A stretch of DNA of 63,964 bases, counting the filler, from Reticulomyxa filosa (Eukaryota; Protista; Foraminifera), in NCBI GenBank assembly GCA_000512085.1. It is 22 parts of 22 records of this genome, joined end to end, with 100 filler letters (N's around TTAATTAATTAA, not from the genome) between each part and the next. Parts side by side here need not be neighbours in the genome. Positions count along the whole stretch, not along the records: positions 1 to 5,061 come from ASPP01005169.1; positions 5,162 to 8,491 come from ASPP01004101.1; positions 8,592 to 10,402 come from ASPP01048013.1; positions 10,503 to 15,132 come from ASPP01024121.1; 18 more parts are not named here. The stretch is one strand, 5' to 3'. This document shows, piece after piece, positions 1 through 12,459 of this stretch (positions are counted from its first letter, which is position 1; every line of letters begins with the position of its first letter). The translations under genes were made by a program, and so were the position numbers. The notes under the pieces are model-generated. The model saw nothing but the letters and a program-made list of their open reading frames with translations. It was not told the DNA's origin and did not search any database.

Positions 1-70
1 TGGATACTGGTCAATACATTTGTTTTTTTTTTTTTTTTTTTTTTACAATAATAAATAAATAAATAAAAAA

Positions 71-617
71 CCTTTTTCAAATTGAAATGGCAATACCACA
101 CGGTCGTAGTTCGCATTCTCGCCTCCATTGTTCAAAATCATATTGAAGGTTAAAGATGGACACCTAATGTAGAGTTGTTTTTATTGAGAGGGGATAAAAG
201 TCACATCACATAAAATAATAGTGGATGAGGGAGCTTCGCTAAAATGTACCTTTCCATCATTTGCATCACATGACGGAGGCCAAGGCTGCATGGCTGAAAA
301 CAATCAGCCAGTTGTGTGTTGACTATTCCTATTTTTTTATTTCATTTTGTTTGTTTTGTTGTAAATTACAAATTCCTTTTTTTTTTTCAAGATTGTTCAA
401 GCTACCTGATTGCTCAGAAACTTCTGATTTTTCCAAAGTTTGTTCGTTCAACTGAATTTCGCCTCCTAATATAGTAAAATAATACACATTTCTTGGTAGG
501 GCAACTTAGAATAAAAAATAAAAACTTGAAAGCTTCATACCTGACATTATCCTTTTCTCTGGATATATTTCCAAATGCGTTTCTTTTTTGAACAAAAAAA
601 GACTCTAAAAACGCTCA
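71..617 (-). CDS. 5' exons of a multi-exon hypothetical protein, continuing beyond the window start
   Basis: Short exon-like blocks bounded by GT/AG splice into an open frame: MSVFRVFFCSKKETHLEIYPEKRIMS-GGEIQLNEQTLEKSEVSEQS-GIVNTQLADCFQPCSLGLRHVMQMME-RCPSLTFNMILNNGGENANYDRVVLPFQFEK. No family recognised. Confidence 0.45.
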
Positions 618-1017
618 TTTTTCATACCATTTTGCTAATTGTTTTGCAAATTATTTGCAGTGTTTAGATTTTTTTTTGTTTGTTGATCGCTTATTGAAGT
701 TTTTGTAAAGATATTATTTTACAGGCTATGCTCAAACATTCAATACCTTGTCTCCTTTTTTAAATTCGAAATTAAAGTCCACAATTTAGGTCAACTTTGT
801 CCCCTAAATCCATCAATTAATTGGGTTGGAATCCAACTTGACCATGATAAGAATATAAAAATGCAGAATCTTCAAAAAATGTTTTATCAAGTTAGAATTA
901 CTGAATCAAGACTAGAGCCAGATTGAAACCAATAAAAGATTGTATTTCACTCCAAAATTTGCAGTCCAACAAATTCAAAAAAAAAAAAAAGAACAAAAAC
1001 AATTGCAATACTAGAAA

Positions 1018-1595
1018 TCATGTCAGTTTGTATCGACCTTTTCGAAACGTATACCCTTTTTTGTGATCATTCAGGACAGCAGGGGGTGGTTTAGGGGCAG
1101 TGATGTTTAGTCCCTCTTTTTTTTGTGAGTTCGTTGAGATCTTACTGCTTTCTTTCGAGAAGCTGTACCTAGGGGCAGTCTTGCCCGAGCGTACGCTGAC
1201 GCTATCACTCCGTTTTTTGGATTGGCTGTAATTATACGTATTGACATTTCTGCCTGTGCGGCCTTTTCCCTTCAATTCCCCTTTAGGCTTTTTTTTGGTA
1301 GGAGTCGGAGGCACCGGCTTTTTTTGTTTGCGTCCTTGCGCCGCATAGCCACTCGTTTTGAACGAGTTATTATAAGGGGGTGGACGGCTCATCGTATTTG
1401 TAGCCGAGTGCTTCACACGAATGCAAGAAATACTGTACCGATCCTTTCTTTCTGAAGTATACGTGCGCGAGGTCATTGCTTTATTTGAACATGGCGTTTT
1501 TTTGAAATTTGTCTTGTCACATAGATTAGATTCATATTGTCGCATATATTGACTATAATATCTACTTTGTTGTTGTTGTTGTTGAAAAGAAAATT

Positions 1596-1627
<32 letters not shown>

Positions 1628-4256
1628 ATGATATTTCTTTTAAGAAGGAAGGAATGACAAAAAAAAAAAAATAGAGTCTGATTCTTTTTTAAGAGTGAAA
1701 TACTTTTGTTGATTGAAAGTTGATTGCTTATCGGCAAGTGGCTTTTCTTTTTTTTTGGAAATTTGCTGTATACGTGAAGAGAGCACGGTGTTGTGTAATG
1801 TGCTCGTGCCATTTTTGCGAACGGTGTGCACAGGTGCACGAGCGGTATTTGTATTGATTGCTCGCTTGTTTGCGCTACCGCTTTTGTTTTGAGAGGTGCG
1901 CGCATATGTCTTGGAGTGAGCTTTATTATACGTGGACATATAAGAATCGGTTCGTTTGGTTTGTAGCATAGAAAAATTTAAACACGGGACCTATTCGACA
2001 GACACCACTCTTTTTCTTTTATACTTTGGAGGCACTTCTTTTTTTTTTTTAATTAAAAAAAAAAAGAACGAACTTTTTGTTTTTTTTTGTTTTCACTTGG
2101 CCTGGGAGCATCGAGTTATATGTTCTGGGGGTACACATTACTGATCGCTGATTTTGCTGTGCTGTGCAATTTTTCGTTGCTGGTACACCAAGTCCAAAAA
2201 AAAAAAAATCAATTGAAAAGAGCTTGTTTTTTTTTTTGTACAAAACAATTTGATTTTTTGGAATTGCATGTGTTGCAGTCGACATATTTTCTTGATGTAA
2301 GTGGCATGCAGACTTCATGTTTGGTGCCAGTTTTCTCAGTATTGTTTTTGGAACAAGGTGAAATGTTCTTGGACAGAGATGTTGCTTGGATGAGCCATTT
2401 CAAATCGTTTGATGTATGGCGATCCGTACTAGTCTTTTGGCTACTTATTTCCCACGATTGCCGAGATACATTTTGGATTGGATGACTTGTACCAGTATGT
2501 AAAGTTTGCAATTGAACGTTGGAGTTGCCCTTTTCATTTTTACGTGACTCTTTTATGTTTGCATTGGTATCAGTACCTTCTTGTTTTTTTGTTTCAAATA
2601 TAAGTGCACATATACGTACAGATATATATGTATACATATATGTTAGAAACGCAACGTGCAAAAACAATGGCTTTATTTGGAATGTGAGTACTACAAATGG
2701 TGACTTTGTGTGGAACATCGGTTGGGTTACGAAAGATGGAGGAAATAGACGAGTGCGAGGAGCTACCTACTGTGGACTTGTGTTCGCCTTGACGTTGACT
2801 TTGATTTTGGCTCTGGCTTTCTTTGCCAACGCCTATGTCGATACTTTGTGTGAGTGCAAGTGTGGTGTTTGGAGTTGTCAATGTCAACGAATTATCGGTT
2901 AAGTTTTGCATCGACATTTTTTGCTTGGAAGCGGTTTTGGCAAGCAGCGTGTCAATGGTTCCGGCTTTGATTTGCAATGATATACGTGCATGCAACAAAT
3001 GATACGTAGCGTAAGAATGGTTATGCCTCTGTTCTTTGATAGCTTCATTTACTTGAGAGATATCATAGCCAAGAAGTTGCATTTGATTCAATACTTGATT
3101 GTTCAATGGTTTATTCACGAAATTCGTAGCTTCATTTTCTTGCGTGTTAGATTTTGATACTTGTCCCGGCAAAGGATCTGATAAAACGGATTCCTTGGTT
3201 TTTTTTTGTTTTTTTTTTTATAGTTTGTATACGTATATGTAACATATAAAGTACTTAGTACTTAGTGCACATGTGTAAAAAAAAAAGTACTTAACTTTGC
3301 AATACCACGGATGCTTTCGAATATCTTCTATGGAGTAACGATCCTTCGGGTTTGTATTAAGAATACGTGTCAAGAGATTATGTGCCAAAGGGGACACCCA
3401 TTTTGGCACTTTGAATTTTCCTTCAAGAATTTTTCGATACAACACGTTTGTATTTGCATCTTCAAACGGCAAATACCCACATAACAAAGCATATAAAATC
3501 ACTCCCATACTCCATATATCTGCTTTTTCGCCGTGGTAAAGCTTCCCTGCAATCATTTCCGGCGCTGCATAACAAGGTGATCCACACGCTGTTTTAAGCA
3601 TGCGATCGTTACTATTTGAAACAATGTTTCCCAAGCCAAAGTCTACAATTTTTATCGTTTTGTGTCTGTCCAATAATAAATTCTCTGGTTTCAAATCTCT
3701 GTGAATTACATTGTGCTGATGGCAATATTGCACGCCATTCACAATCATATGAAACATGCGGCAGGCTTCTGCCTCTTTCAAACGTGTTTTGGAGACAATG
3801 TAGTCAAACAACTCGCCACCACTCGCATATTCCATTATCAAAAAAATGTATCGCTGAGTGTCAATGACCTAAAATAGACAATATCTAACACTTTGTTACA
3901 GACTGACTCTTTTTTTAAATATAGAACTCTCTTTTTTAAAATAAAAAAAAAAAAGGGGTAAAATAATTTTTTAAAAAAAGTTTGAAACTTTAATATAAGT
4001 TAATCAAAACTTCAAACAATCTTATGACGTTGATATGTCTTAGTTTTTTTAAAATGGCAATTTCGCGTGCTACTCTTTCAACATCACTGGTATCAACAAT
4101 TTTTTTTTTGACCAGCACCTTCACTGCTACTTCAACTCCTGATAGTTTGTGTACGCCTTTGCACACTTTGCCAAATGTCCCTTCCCCAATTGGTTGGCCA
4201 ATATCATAGTGCTCCGAGACCACAGGATATTTGTTTTCCAATTGCTGGCTGACCAT
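1018..4256 (-). CDS. SNF1/AMPK-related (CAMKL) Ser/Thr kinase with UBA domain and long low-complexity C-terminal tail; multi-exon
   Basis: Motifs GEGTFGKV, VAVK, HRDLKPEN, DFG, TACGSPCYAAPE and DIWSMG. Introns 3869-4010 and 3194-3295 splice in frame. UBA-like VLNQMQLLGYDISQVNEAIKEQRHNHSYATYHLL. 3' exon boundaries are approximate. Confidence 0.93.
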
Positions 4257-4807
4257 GTTGGCCCCAAAGCCTGATTAGATTTGTTTATTGGTGGCTGTGT
4301 TTTAGAGTACACAACGAAACAATAACATCGGCTTAATATTGATAAATGAAATATCTTGTTTTATTATAACAATATAATCAACTCTATTATTGGCCACTAT
4401 TCAATTGTGTTTCTCTGATTTACTTGTTTATTTTAAAATTACTGCACAGGACAAAGAAACTATAAATTGGCGAATAAAAGAATTGTTTGCTGTTGTCTGC
4501 TTGTTTGTTTAAACACCAATTGCTTTTTTTTGGTGCGACGACAACATACCACGTGCAGACAACTTTTGCAATCTGAAGCAAAACTAAAAATAACATCTTT
4601 TTTGAGTTCAAAAACTCGTCACCAAATTGTAACATCAATGTATTTCATTGATTTAATGGCTACATTTGGTATTTCTCTTCCACTACACTTAAGTTTATTG
4701 AAAAATGTACTTTAAAACAAAAAGTTGTACTAGTGAACCGTCTCGTCAGACCCAAAACAAAAAAGTGTCAAAAAAAAAAAGGGGTATCTAGAAGATAAAG
4801 ACAATAA

Positions 4808-5005
4808 ATGAGTGTCCCATTAGTACCATTTTTATATCCAAAATTTTCAAAGCAGGACCCAAATACTGCACAATCTGAGTCAAAATATCACGAATATACA
4901 TTGAAAGAAAAATGGACACCTCATTTGATTATTTATTGTAGTCCTTCTCAAAAAACCAGAATGGAGGAGTACCTCAAGGCAAAAGCAATGTCCGAACCCA
5001 AGTTG
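4808..5005 (+). CDS. Probable first exon of a hypothetical protein, divergent from the kinase and truncated by the contig end
   Basis: ATG-started ORF MSVPLVPFLYPKF...AMSEPK with coding-like composition, followed by a GT donor and a poly-A tract at the contig edge. Confidence 0.45.
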
Positions 5006-5061
5006 AGTTGACGTTTTCTTCTGTCTACATTTTTCTAGCACTTTCCTGAGATAAAAAAAAA

Positions 5062-5161
5062 NNNNNNNNNNNNNNNNNNNNNNNNNNNNNNNNNNNNNNN
5101 NNNNNTTAATTAATTAANNNNNNNNNNNNNNNNNNNNNNNNNNNNNNNNNNNNNNNNNNNN
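5062..5161. other. Artificial contig linker N44-TTAATTAATTAA-N44. First of 21; others start at 8492, 10403, 15133, 20567, 26745, 28020, 29373, 30622, 32457, 35675, 37997, 39125, 40225, 41870, 49536, 51819, 54948, 58980, 60409, 62486
   Basis: Identical 100-nt spacer carrying stops in all six frames; flanking sequences are unrelated. Confidence 0.98.
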
Positions 5162-5290
5162 ATTGATTTTCTAAAATAAAAAAAAATTTGTCTGCATATT
5201 GTTTTTCATGAAGAAAATCAATAATATATATAAGTGCCGTTTTATGTTTAAACTTCTTTTGCATTATACTTTATTAGAATAAATATTATG
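5162..5290 (+). repeat. Dispersed repeat copy (Tc1 TIR-related)
   Basis: aaaaatttgtctgcatattgtttttcatgaagaaaatcaataatatatataagtgccgtttt aligns by eye with 45914-46028. Confidence 0.7.
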
Positions 5291-6249
5291 TTTTATTTAC
5301 AAATTTCTTTTTCGAATATGCAAAATATTATCAAAAACTATTTTATTTTTTTCATATATAAATCAATTAAGATTATACTAGTTGTAGTAATAACAATTTG
5401 TACAAAGATCCTTAAAAGCGCTTTTCTTTATAGATTTATTGTGAAAAAATAAAACTCAGGATCCAGGTAAAATTAATTTGTCAATCCTTAAAATCAATTT
5501 TCTATATTATTTGTGAAATAATAATTATTATATGCATAGTTTAGTAAAAAAATGAAAATTGAAAATAAATAAATGAAATAATTTTAAAAAAATTATTCAA
5601 GCTTTATATTAATTTTTTAAAAAGGATGAACTGGTCGTACTTTTGCTTTTCTGCTTCATGCACAAAAATATCTTTTTCTTTTTAAAAAAAAACTTTGAAT
5701 AGCAAATTATAATGTTTAAAAGAAAAAGATTTCTTTATCAAAATTTTACTGTGTATAGTATAGTTTTTACTTCGTCATAAGTCTATGAAAGTTTTTTGAT
5801 TTGACTAATTTTGTATTTAAAGAAAAAGTTGCTTGTAAATAACATATCAACATTATATAAAGCTTTAATTTGCCATTTGCATTGGTATTTATCTAATTAA
5901 AACAAGATCATATAGCTATATACTTATTCATCGATAACTTCACTTGAATTTTTAATACACAAGAATATCATGAACAATTTTTTTAAAAATACAAACATTT
6001 TTATTATTACTTATAGCATTTACATTTAATTACATAAGTGCAAAAATTTGGTAACAATAATCACTATTTTGTCATTTTTTAAAAATAAAAACTTTAAAAT
6101 GACTAATTTAAATCAAAAGTCCAAAGTTCATGATTATAGTAATTACCTCTTGCTTGTTTAATGTGTTTGTAACTTCACAATCTATATCAATGTTCTTTTT
6201 TTTGTATTTAGGACTTTAACTATTTGCTGAAACAGTTCTATCTGTACTG

Positions 6250-6440
6250 CTAACTGCGTATTTATATTTATAAAATCTTTATATTTTCTTCAGTTTTAAT
6301 TGGAAATTTTTGTGATGCAAAGCAATCAAATGTTTTAAATGAAAATAGAAATGTTGTATTATCAGCTTTCCAAAGCTTACTGGAACACCATTATATGTTT
6401 GTGTATGCACCAAAAATAGTCTGACTTTGTCTATAAAACT
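6250..6440 (-). pseudogene. TLDc-domain pseudogene fragment
   Basis: Minus strand reads IFGAYTNI*WCSSKLWKADNTTFLFSFKTF...KFPIK, matching the TLDc motif FGxYxxxxW...DxxxFLFS; in-frame stop. Confidence 0.7.
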
Positions 6441-9206
6441 GTGATTGTTTCCAATTGTTTATAACAATATTTAATCAAATTCTACACAACTTGTTCAAAT
6501 GATCGATCGTTTGCTAACAACAAACAACAAATAATTATCATCGAACATTGATCTATCACTTTGAATGATGTTATTGTAAATGAAGTAACAAATTACAATC
6601 AAATAATATCAGTCAATGAGATTTGTATAAAATTAACAAACAATGTATTAACAATTGCGTGATTCAATTGAAGCTAGCGATCTTAATAGTAATAATTCCG
6701 GTGATAATGACATCAAATGGGAATTTATCAAAGATATTCAATCAAATACAAAAAACTCAGTGGAATAGTTAATTGTTGTGACAAAAAACATTAATTGGAA
6801 TTTGATTATACAATTAAAATGAGAATATGTTAGTCAAAAATTTCATTGCATCATTATACTATTGTGTCATAATTGAGCTGTATCAACAAACAACGATATT
6901 TGAATATAATATCATGAATCCAATTGAACATTGGGTATTATATTATACTTGCCAAAAGACTAAAAGTAAAAGATAGAATATGGATAAACAATCAAATAAA
7001 CAAACAGAAGTATAAATAAAAAGTTTGTATGATAATGTTGTGTTTGTCATAATATTTTACTTTATGTTATGTACATGACATTTATATCATAGTAGAAAAC
7101 GAATTATTGCATTTCACAAAGCTACAATGGGCCAAGTACATCATGTGGAAAAAAATTCAAAGTAGAATTGTATTTGGTGAAGTAAAAAAAAACAGAAATT
7201 ACATTGTTAATGGGCTCGATATTTTTGTAACTTTTGTAATTATTTTTTAGATTCTAGCATTTTAAATGATCTAAATATTACAACAACAAATATGTTCATC
7301 AATACTAATGATTGTTAGTAGATTAAAATTATACTTTTCTATTTTTCAAATAAAAATTTGCAGTATCAATGAAAATTCAAACATAGTAAATTCGAGAAAA
7401 TTGGACGATTATGCACATTCTATTGTAACGTACCATTTAGTCACAAACGGCAGTCTCGTACATATGGCATTTAGTATGTTATTACTGTGTCTTTTATTTT
7501 GTGTTTCAAATAAAATTCGTGAATTCATTGTCAAAAAAATTACAGAATGTAAAATTTTTTGAATTTTCCTTTCATATTTAAAAATAATATATTGCATTTT
7601 ATTTTATTTATGTTTATCTTTGTTTGATTTATATTTTTATGATGGTAGTGTTAATAATAATCAATATCACATATATGTCCCTTTTTTAAATAATTTGAAT
7701 CACAGATATACAATGGCTGAATGAACTATCTACCTGATTCAATGTTAAAATATGTATTATTTGTTGCCATTGATAAAGTTTAGCTCTGTGAACACATCGT
7801 CAATTTGAGCGCCGCTCCGTCATCACTGCGTCTTCCATTTTGTTATTATTATTGTTATTCATATTATTATTGTTACTATTATTATTATTACTATTACTAT
7901 TATAGTTCTGATTTGTTGGGCGTAAGTGTATTGAAACAAACTAAATTAATCTAAATGTTATCATGAAGAAAAATTCTTAAAGATTATATACACTGGTTTT
8001 TTACATTGAAATTAGAATGAAAAGTAAATGTCAAAATTTATAAAACGTGACAACTTCATCAACGCGATTGTTATTCTTATTATACAGACAAAGACAAATA
8101 AAAGTTTAGTTATTCGTATCCAATTGATGTTAAATTAGGATTGCACTGTAGTAGAACTAGGAATGTTTATAGTATCAAGATTACGTCACAGTTAATGAAT
8201 AAATATCCAACAATTCATCATTGGTGATCGATCTTGGAAACCAGATATCAGAATCAAAGTTGTCAAGGCAGCAGCAAAGTTCGTTATCGATACCAAGAGA
8301 AAGATTTGAACAATTTTCAAGTTTTCTTTCAATGTAAATTCAATCCAACAGATTAACTTCATTGTCTTTCTTTTAATTATTTTGCATAGACTTTTTGGGT
8401 TGTTGTAAAATTTTGTGTGTCATTCTTTTGTTTTTAGTACTGTGTTCTATTTCTTAGACGCTGTGCTCTTTTTAACTTGAAAGACCTGAGTNNNNNNNNN
8501 NNNNNNNNNNNNNNNNNNNNNNNNNNNNNNNNNNNTTAATTAATTAANNNNNNNNNNNNNNNNNNNNNNNNNNNNNNNNNNNNNNNNNNNNATGGGATAG
8601 TGATAAAGAAAAAATTATTGATAATGATACATCACGGTCATTTGTTTACAAAGAATACAATTATCAATTATCTATTTTGTTTAATTTTATCAAAATGTTC
8701 TATAAAAAATAGATGAATGTGTATAAAACAAGGGCATACTGTTTTGATATATTCAAAAATTTCATATTAGATAAAATGACAAATAATTTCATTTTATAAA
8801 TAAACAGACTATTAAATTTTTTAAATGAATTTGCATTATTTTGTTTAGAATAACAGTTCGATCTTTCAAAAAAAAACTGTTTGACTCAAAAAGATGAATT
8901 TTCGTCCCATCTTCGTATAAAGTCTTTTAAAAGAGAATTTTCAATTTACAATAGACTCTGAAAAAGGGATGAAATGCCATTACCATATATATTTCTTGTT
9001 TGTCGTTAATTTTTGAAATTATGCAACTGAACATATAAAAAAAAGCATCTGCAAATGCATATGAGAGTGTAGTTAAAAAGTTACATATCATTTGGTAATA
9101 TGCGTTCATTTCAATTTTCTAAATTGATAATCAATCTTATCTTTCTGTCAAAACCAAAAAATGGTAAACTTTTAGAACGTTCGTCTACATTTATTTAAGT
9201 ATATTC

Positions 9207-9387
9207 GATCAAACAAGAAAGAATTTTATATGATTAAAGGAGATGACAAAGAAGATGATGGAATAATGTGCTTTAAATTTTTACAATTAAGAAAGAATGA
9301 AAAGAAAAGAAAAAGCGATTATGATATTGGTTGTGGTATTAATCTGTGTTACGGTTCATATTGGGGCTTGATTCGTATTTGGGGATG
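9207..9387 (+). pseudogene. C-terminal fragment of the expanded WD40 family
   Basis: IRSNKKEFYMIKGDDKEDDGIMCFKFLQL...NLCYGSYWGLIRIWG*, homologous to the tail at ~36800-36960 (DIRSNKKELYTIKGDD). Upstream repeats are missing. Confidence 0.75.
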
Positions 9388-9719
9388 ATGAAGAAATTTT
9401 GTTGATATTTATTGCATTTCAAAAAAATTCGCAGGCATTTGCTTAAAGTTTTCTTTTTAAAAAAAACTATAAAATTGAATTATTTGAAATTGTAATTTTT
9501 GCATTTTACAAAATAACTCCTCTTTGAATTTGGCGTAATTAGCTATAATGATCATCAGTTTAATACATGTGAAAGATTACATTCTGTTCTGTTTAAATCT
9601 TTGATTTTTGATTCAAAACAGCTTTGATAAAGGCAGGAATATCATTGCATTCACTTAAAATTACTAAAAAAAGGGGAAAACAATTTCATATTTGAAAAAG
9701 TAATTTTGCAAACAAATCA

Positions 9720-9900
9720 GTCTGAAGATGTTTGAACGGGAGCAAAAAAGACAATTGAGCGAGGAACAAAAACATGAGAAAACGGAGAATACAAAAATAA
9801 ATCAAATTGGAATTTAACAAGCCCATGCGATTACAAAGGAGAAATAAAGAAAATGAAAGGTCATTGGATAAATTGTGTCAATTATCAAATTTTTTCATCG
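9720..9900 (+). pseudogene. TRAF-type zinc-finger relic
   Basis: PCDYKGEIKKMKGHW resembles SCNFKGKIKQVNSHL in the TRAF-WD40 gene at ~53100; the surrounding frame is broken. Confidence 0.45.
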
Positions 9901-10502
9901 CTAATTTATGTTATCTCAATCAAAGTACTAATTTGTGTTTGTGGATGAACACGGGTACGTTTGTTTGAGATATTATAATTTTTGTAAGGAAAAGACGTGA
10001 CAGAGATTGTAAATTTATTTTTACTTCCTAATGAAAAGCAAAGGCTGTAGTTTAATTGATTTGGCCTTTCATCAAGTACTTTTGTATCTGATAGGATAGC
10101 TTCTTTTATTGAAATTGTTATTATTATTTTTTATTTGATATGTTGAGAAAGAGAAATGTGCCATTACAAAGAGTGTGTGTCAAGAACATGATTATATATT
10201 TTTTATTCACCTAAGTTGCAAATCTTTATTGAAACAATTGAAACCATTATTCAAATGAAAAGCAAAACAACTAGAATTGGAAAATCCGCTATCACTTTTT
10301 TACTTATGGAAAAGGTTGTGTTTGGAGAAGAATATTGCAATCTTATCATAAGAAAGTCATAATTTTTATTTTCCTAGTCAAATTACCACTTTTTTTTTGT
10401 TTNNNNNNNNNNNNNNNNNNNNNNNNNNNNNNNNNNNNNNNNNNNNTTAATTAATTAANNNNNNNNNNNNNNNNNNNNNNNNNNNNNNNNNNNNNNNNNN
10501 NN

Positions 10503-12007
10503 TTCCCTGTACTTTGCCTCGTACATGCAATTGAAAAAAAAGAAGAAGAATAGAGCAATAAAAAGAACCTGTAGGCTTGTCATGTTGAACAATAATATCA
10601 AAGATACGCTGCGACTCCAGAGGCGTGATAGGCGCCCCTTTCAATATGAGCAATGTCATACGTGCACTATTGATGCCATGCGTGACCTGCTTTCTATACT
10701 TATCGATGTGCTATAAAAAACAAACCGAAAAAAAAAAAAAAAAAAGAGTGTGCCCATGAAGACAATTGTTTCACTTTAAAAAAATATAAGACGTCACTTC
10801 AGGCAAATATTTGCATTTCACACATGGAATGAATCTTTCCACATCTATATGGATCAACAAACACACGATAGGTACACATATTCTGTGACAGCAAAGAGAT
10901 TGATATTCCAAGGTACTCAAAAAAAAAAAAGGAAAAGCAAAAAAAAAAAAACTTTGCATGTCAGAATACGTAACCGTGAAGCCAACATGAAACAATCAAT
11001 GACAGGGTCGGTTTGACTTTGTGTTCCTTGCATATCCGAATAGCCAAAGTTGCAACCTCTTTGAAATGGCGGATATCTGTTTTCTGTTTTGTGAAAGCGA
11101 TAGATAAGAGAGTTATGCTATTTTTTTTGGTATGTACATATATGTACATAGAAAAAATCACAAATTTTTTTTTGTTTTAAAAAACAAACTTTTGTGTATT
11201 CGTCTGGTGGCTCGATCTTCTCAAATATCCTTGAAAACATAATAACACAAAACATACATCTTTTAGGGTGCATGATTTGTAAGGAGGTCTCTCCCTACCT
11301 TTTTTTTTTTTTTTTTTTTTGAATTACTATTATTTTACAACATACCATTCAACAACTTTTTTAATAACTTGCAGCCTTGCCTTGCGCGAGGAAGCTTCGG
11401 TAATGCCAGCGTCACGGGCCTGTTTGTAAACGGTGTCTCGAAATTCAAAGAGTTGCGGTACGTGGTTTTGGACAATGAGTTCCAAGTTTCGGGTTTGGAT
11501 GTGTTTGACTTGCTTAATGACCAACTCATAGTCCTTCGTGTTAGCATGGTCTTTGTGCTTTGTCGCGCTTTTTTTTGGAGAGGCTGTTTTTTGATCCTCT
11601 ACTTTCAATACGCCATTTGTCTGTGACGGCTTCATGTCCTCTGACACTTCCTTCATCACTTGCTGATTGGCTGTTGTTTTCATCGTCTCCGTGTCCACTG
11701 TCTTCTTCTCCGTTGGCTCGTCTTCGTATCCTTCCAGTGCTTCCTCCTCTTCCAATTCACTGTCTGGTGACACTTCCTCGCTTCCTATATGTGGAGAGTC
11801 CGATATACTCAATGGCCTTCGGTGGACGGTTGGCACTGATAACTCGTCGTTCTCTGTATTATAGTCACTGCCACTGTCATCCGAAAAGTCGAAGCTGCTC
11901 AGTGTGTGTCGCTCTCTTTCGTCTTCTGCTGGAGGTGTAATAATTATACTCAGATTTCTCGGGATGGTTGTAGATGCATCATCACTCCAGGCTTCATTTG
12001 CACTCAT
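10503..12007 (-). CDS. Multi-exon hypothetical protein with acidic/Ser-rich N-terminus, 3' truncated
   Basis: 225-aa first-exon ORF. Further GT-AG bounded exons follow (IFEKIEPPDEYTK; RFIPCVKCKYLPE; HIDKYRKQVTHGINSAR...). No family recognised. Confidence 0.7.
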
Positions 12008-12459
12008 ATTCGAATATCAACTCAAATACAACTACGAATTACAAAAATATAAATTATGCTTAAAATTAAAAGTCTTTTGAAAAAGCAAACCAGGCAGAGC
12101 ACTTTTTGTTTTTGTCGGTCTTTCTTCATTCGTTTGGAAAGGTCTTTTAAACATTTCATTCAAATTCTTCGTCTAATTCGGACAGAATTTGTTTTTCAAC
12201 AGCACTGTCGTTAGTATTCACAAAGCCTCAAATTTAAATTTGAAAGTGCAATCCAAAAACAATTTTGTAAATAAATGGATTTCGAGAGTAGTGATACTGT
12301 CAAGAAAATATCTGGAAACGCAAGCCCTTCACTGAAAAAGAGACAGAGCGGCAATAAAGTAAAACGGCTGCGGTACATTCTCTTGTGTGCCTTTTAGCCG
12401 TAGGGCGGAGTTTTGTTGGGGGGGTGCTCCACAAAAATAATTGAATATCTAAACTCAAC

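Noticed and set aside
6640-7480. Possible WWE/PARP-like relic on the plus strand
   Set aside because: Only vague fragments are present; no diagnostic HG/Y/E motif can be recovered.
11278-11320. Very long poly-A/AG as a further A-tract acceptor example
   Set aside because: The frame is better restored by the downstream TTTTCAAG acceptor near 11230, so it was not counted.
11335-11940. Overlapping antisense or alternate-frame ORFs (also 17617-18051, 31435-32045, 57880-58536)
   Set aside because: They are shadows of real GC-richer exons and have no motifs of their own.
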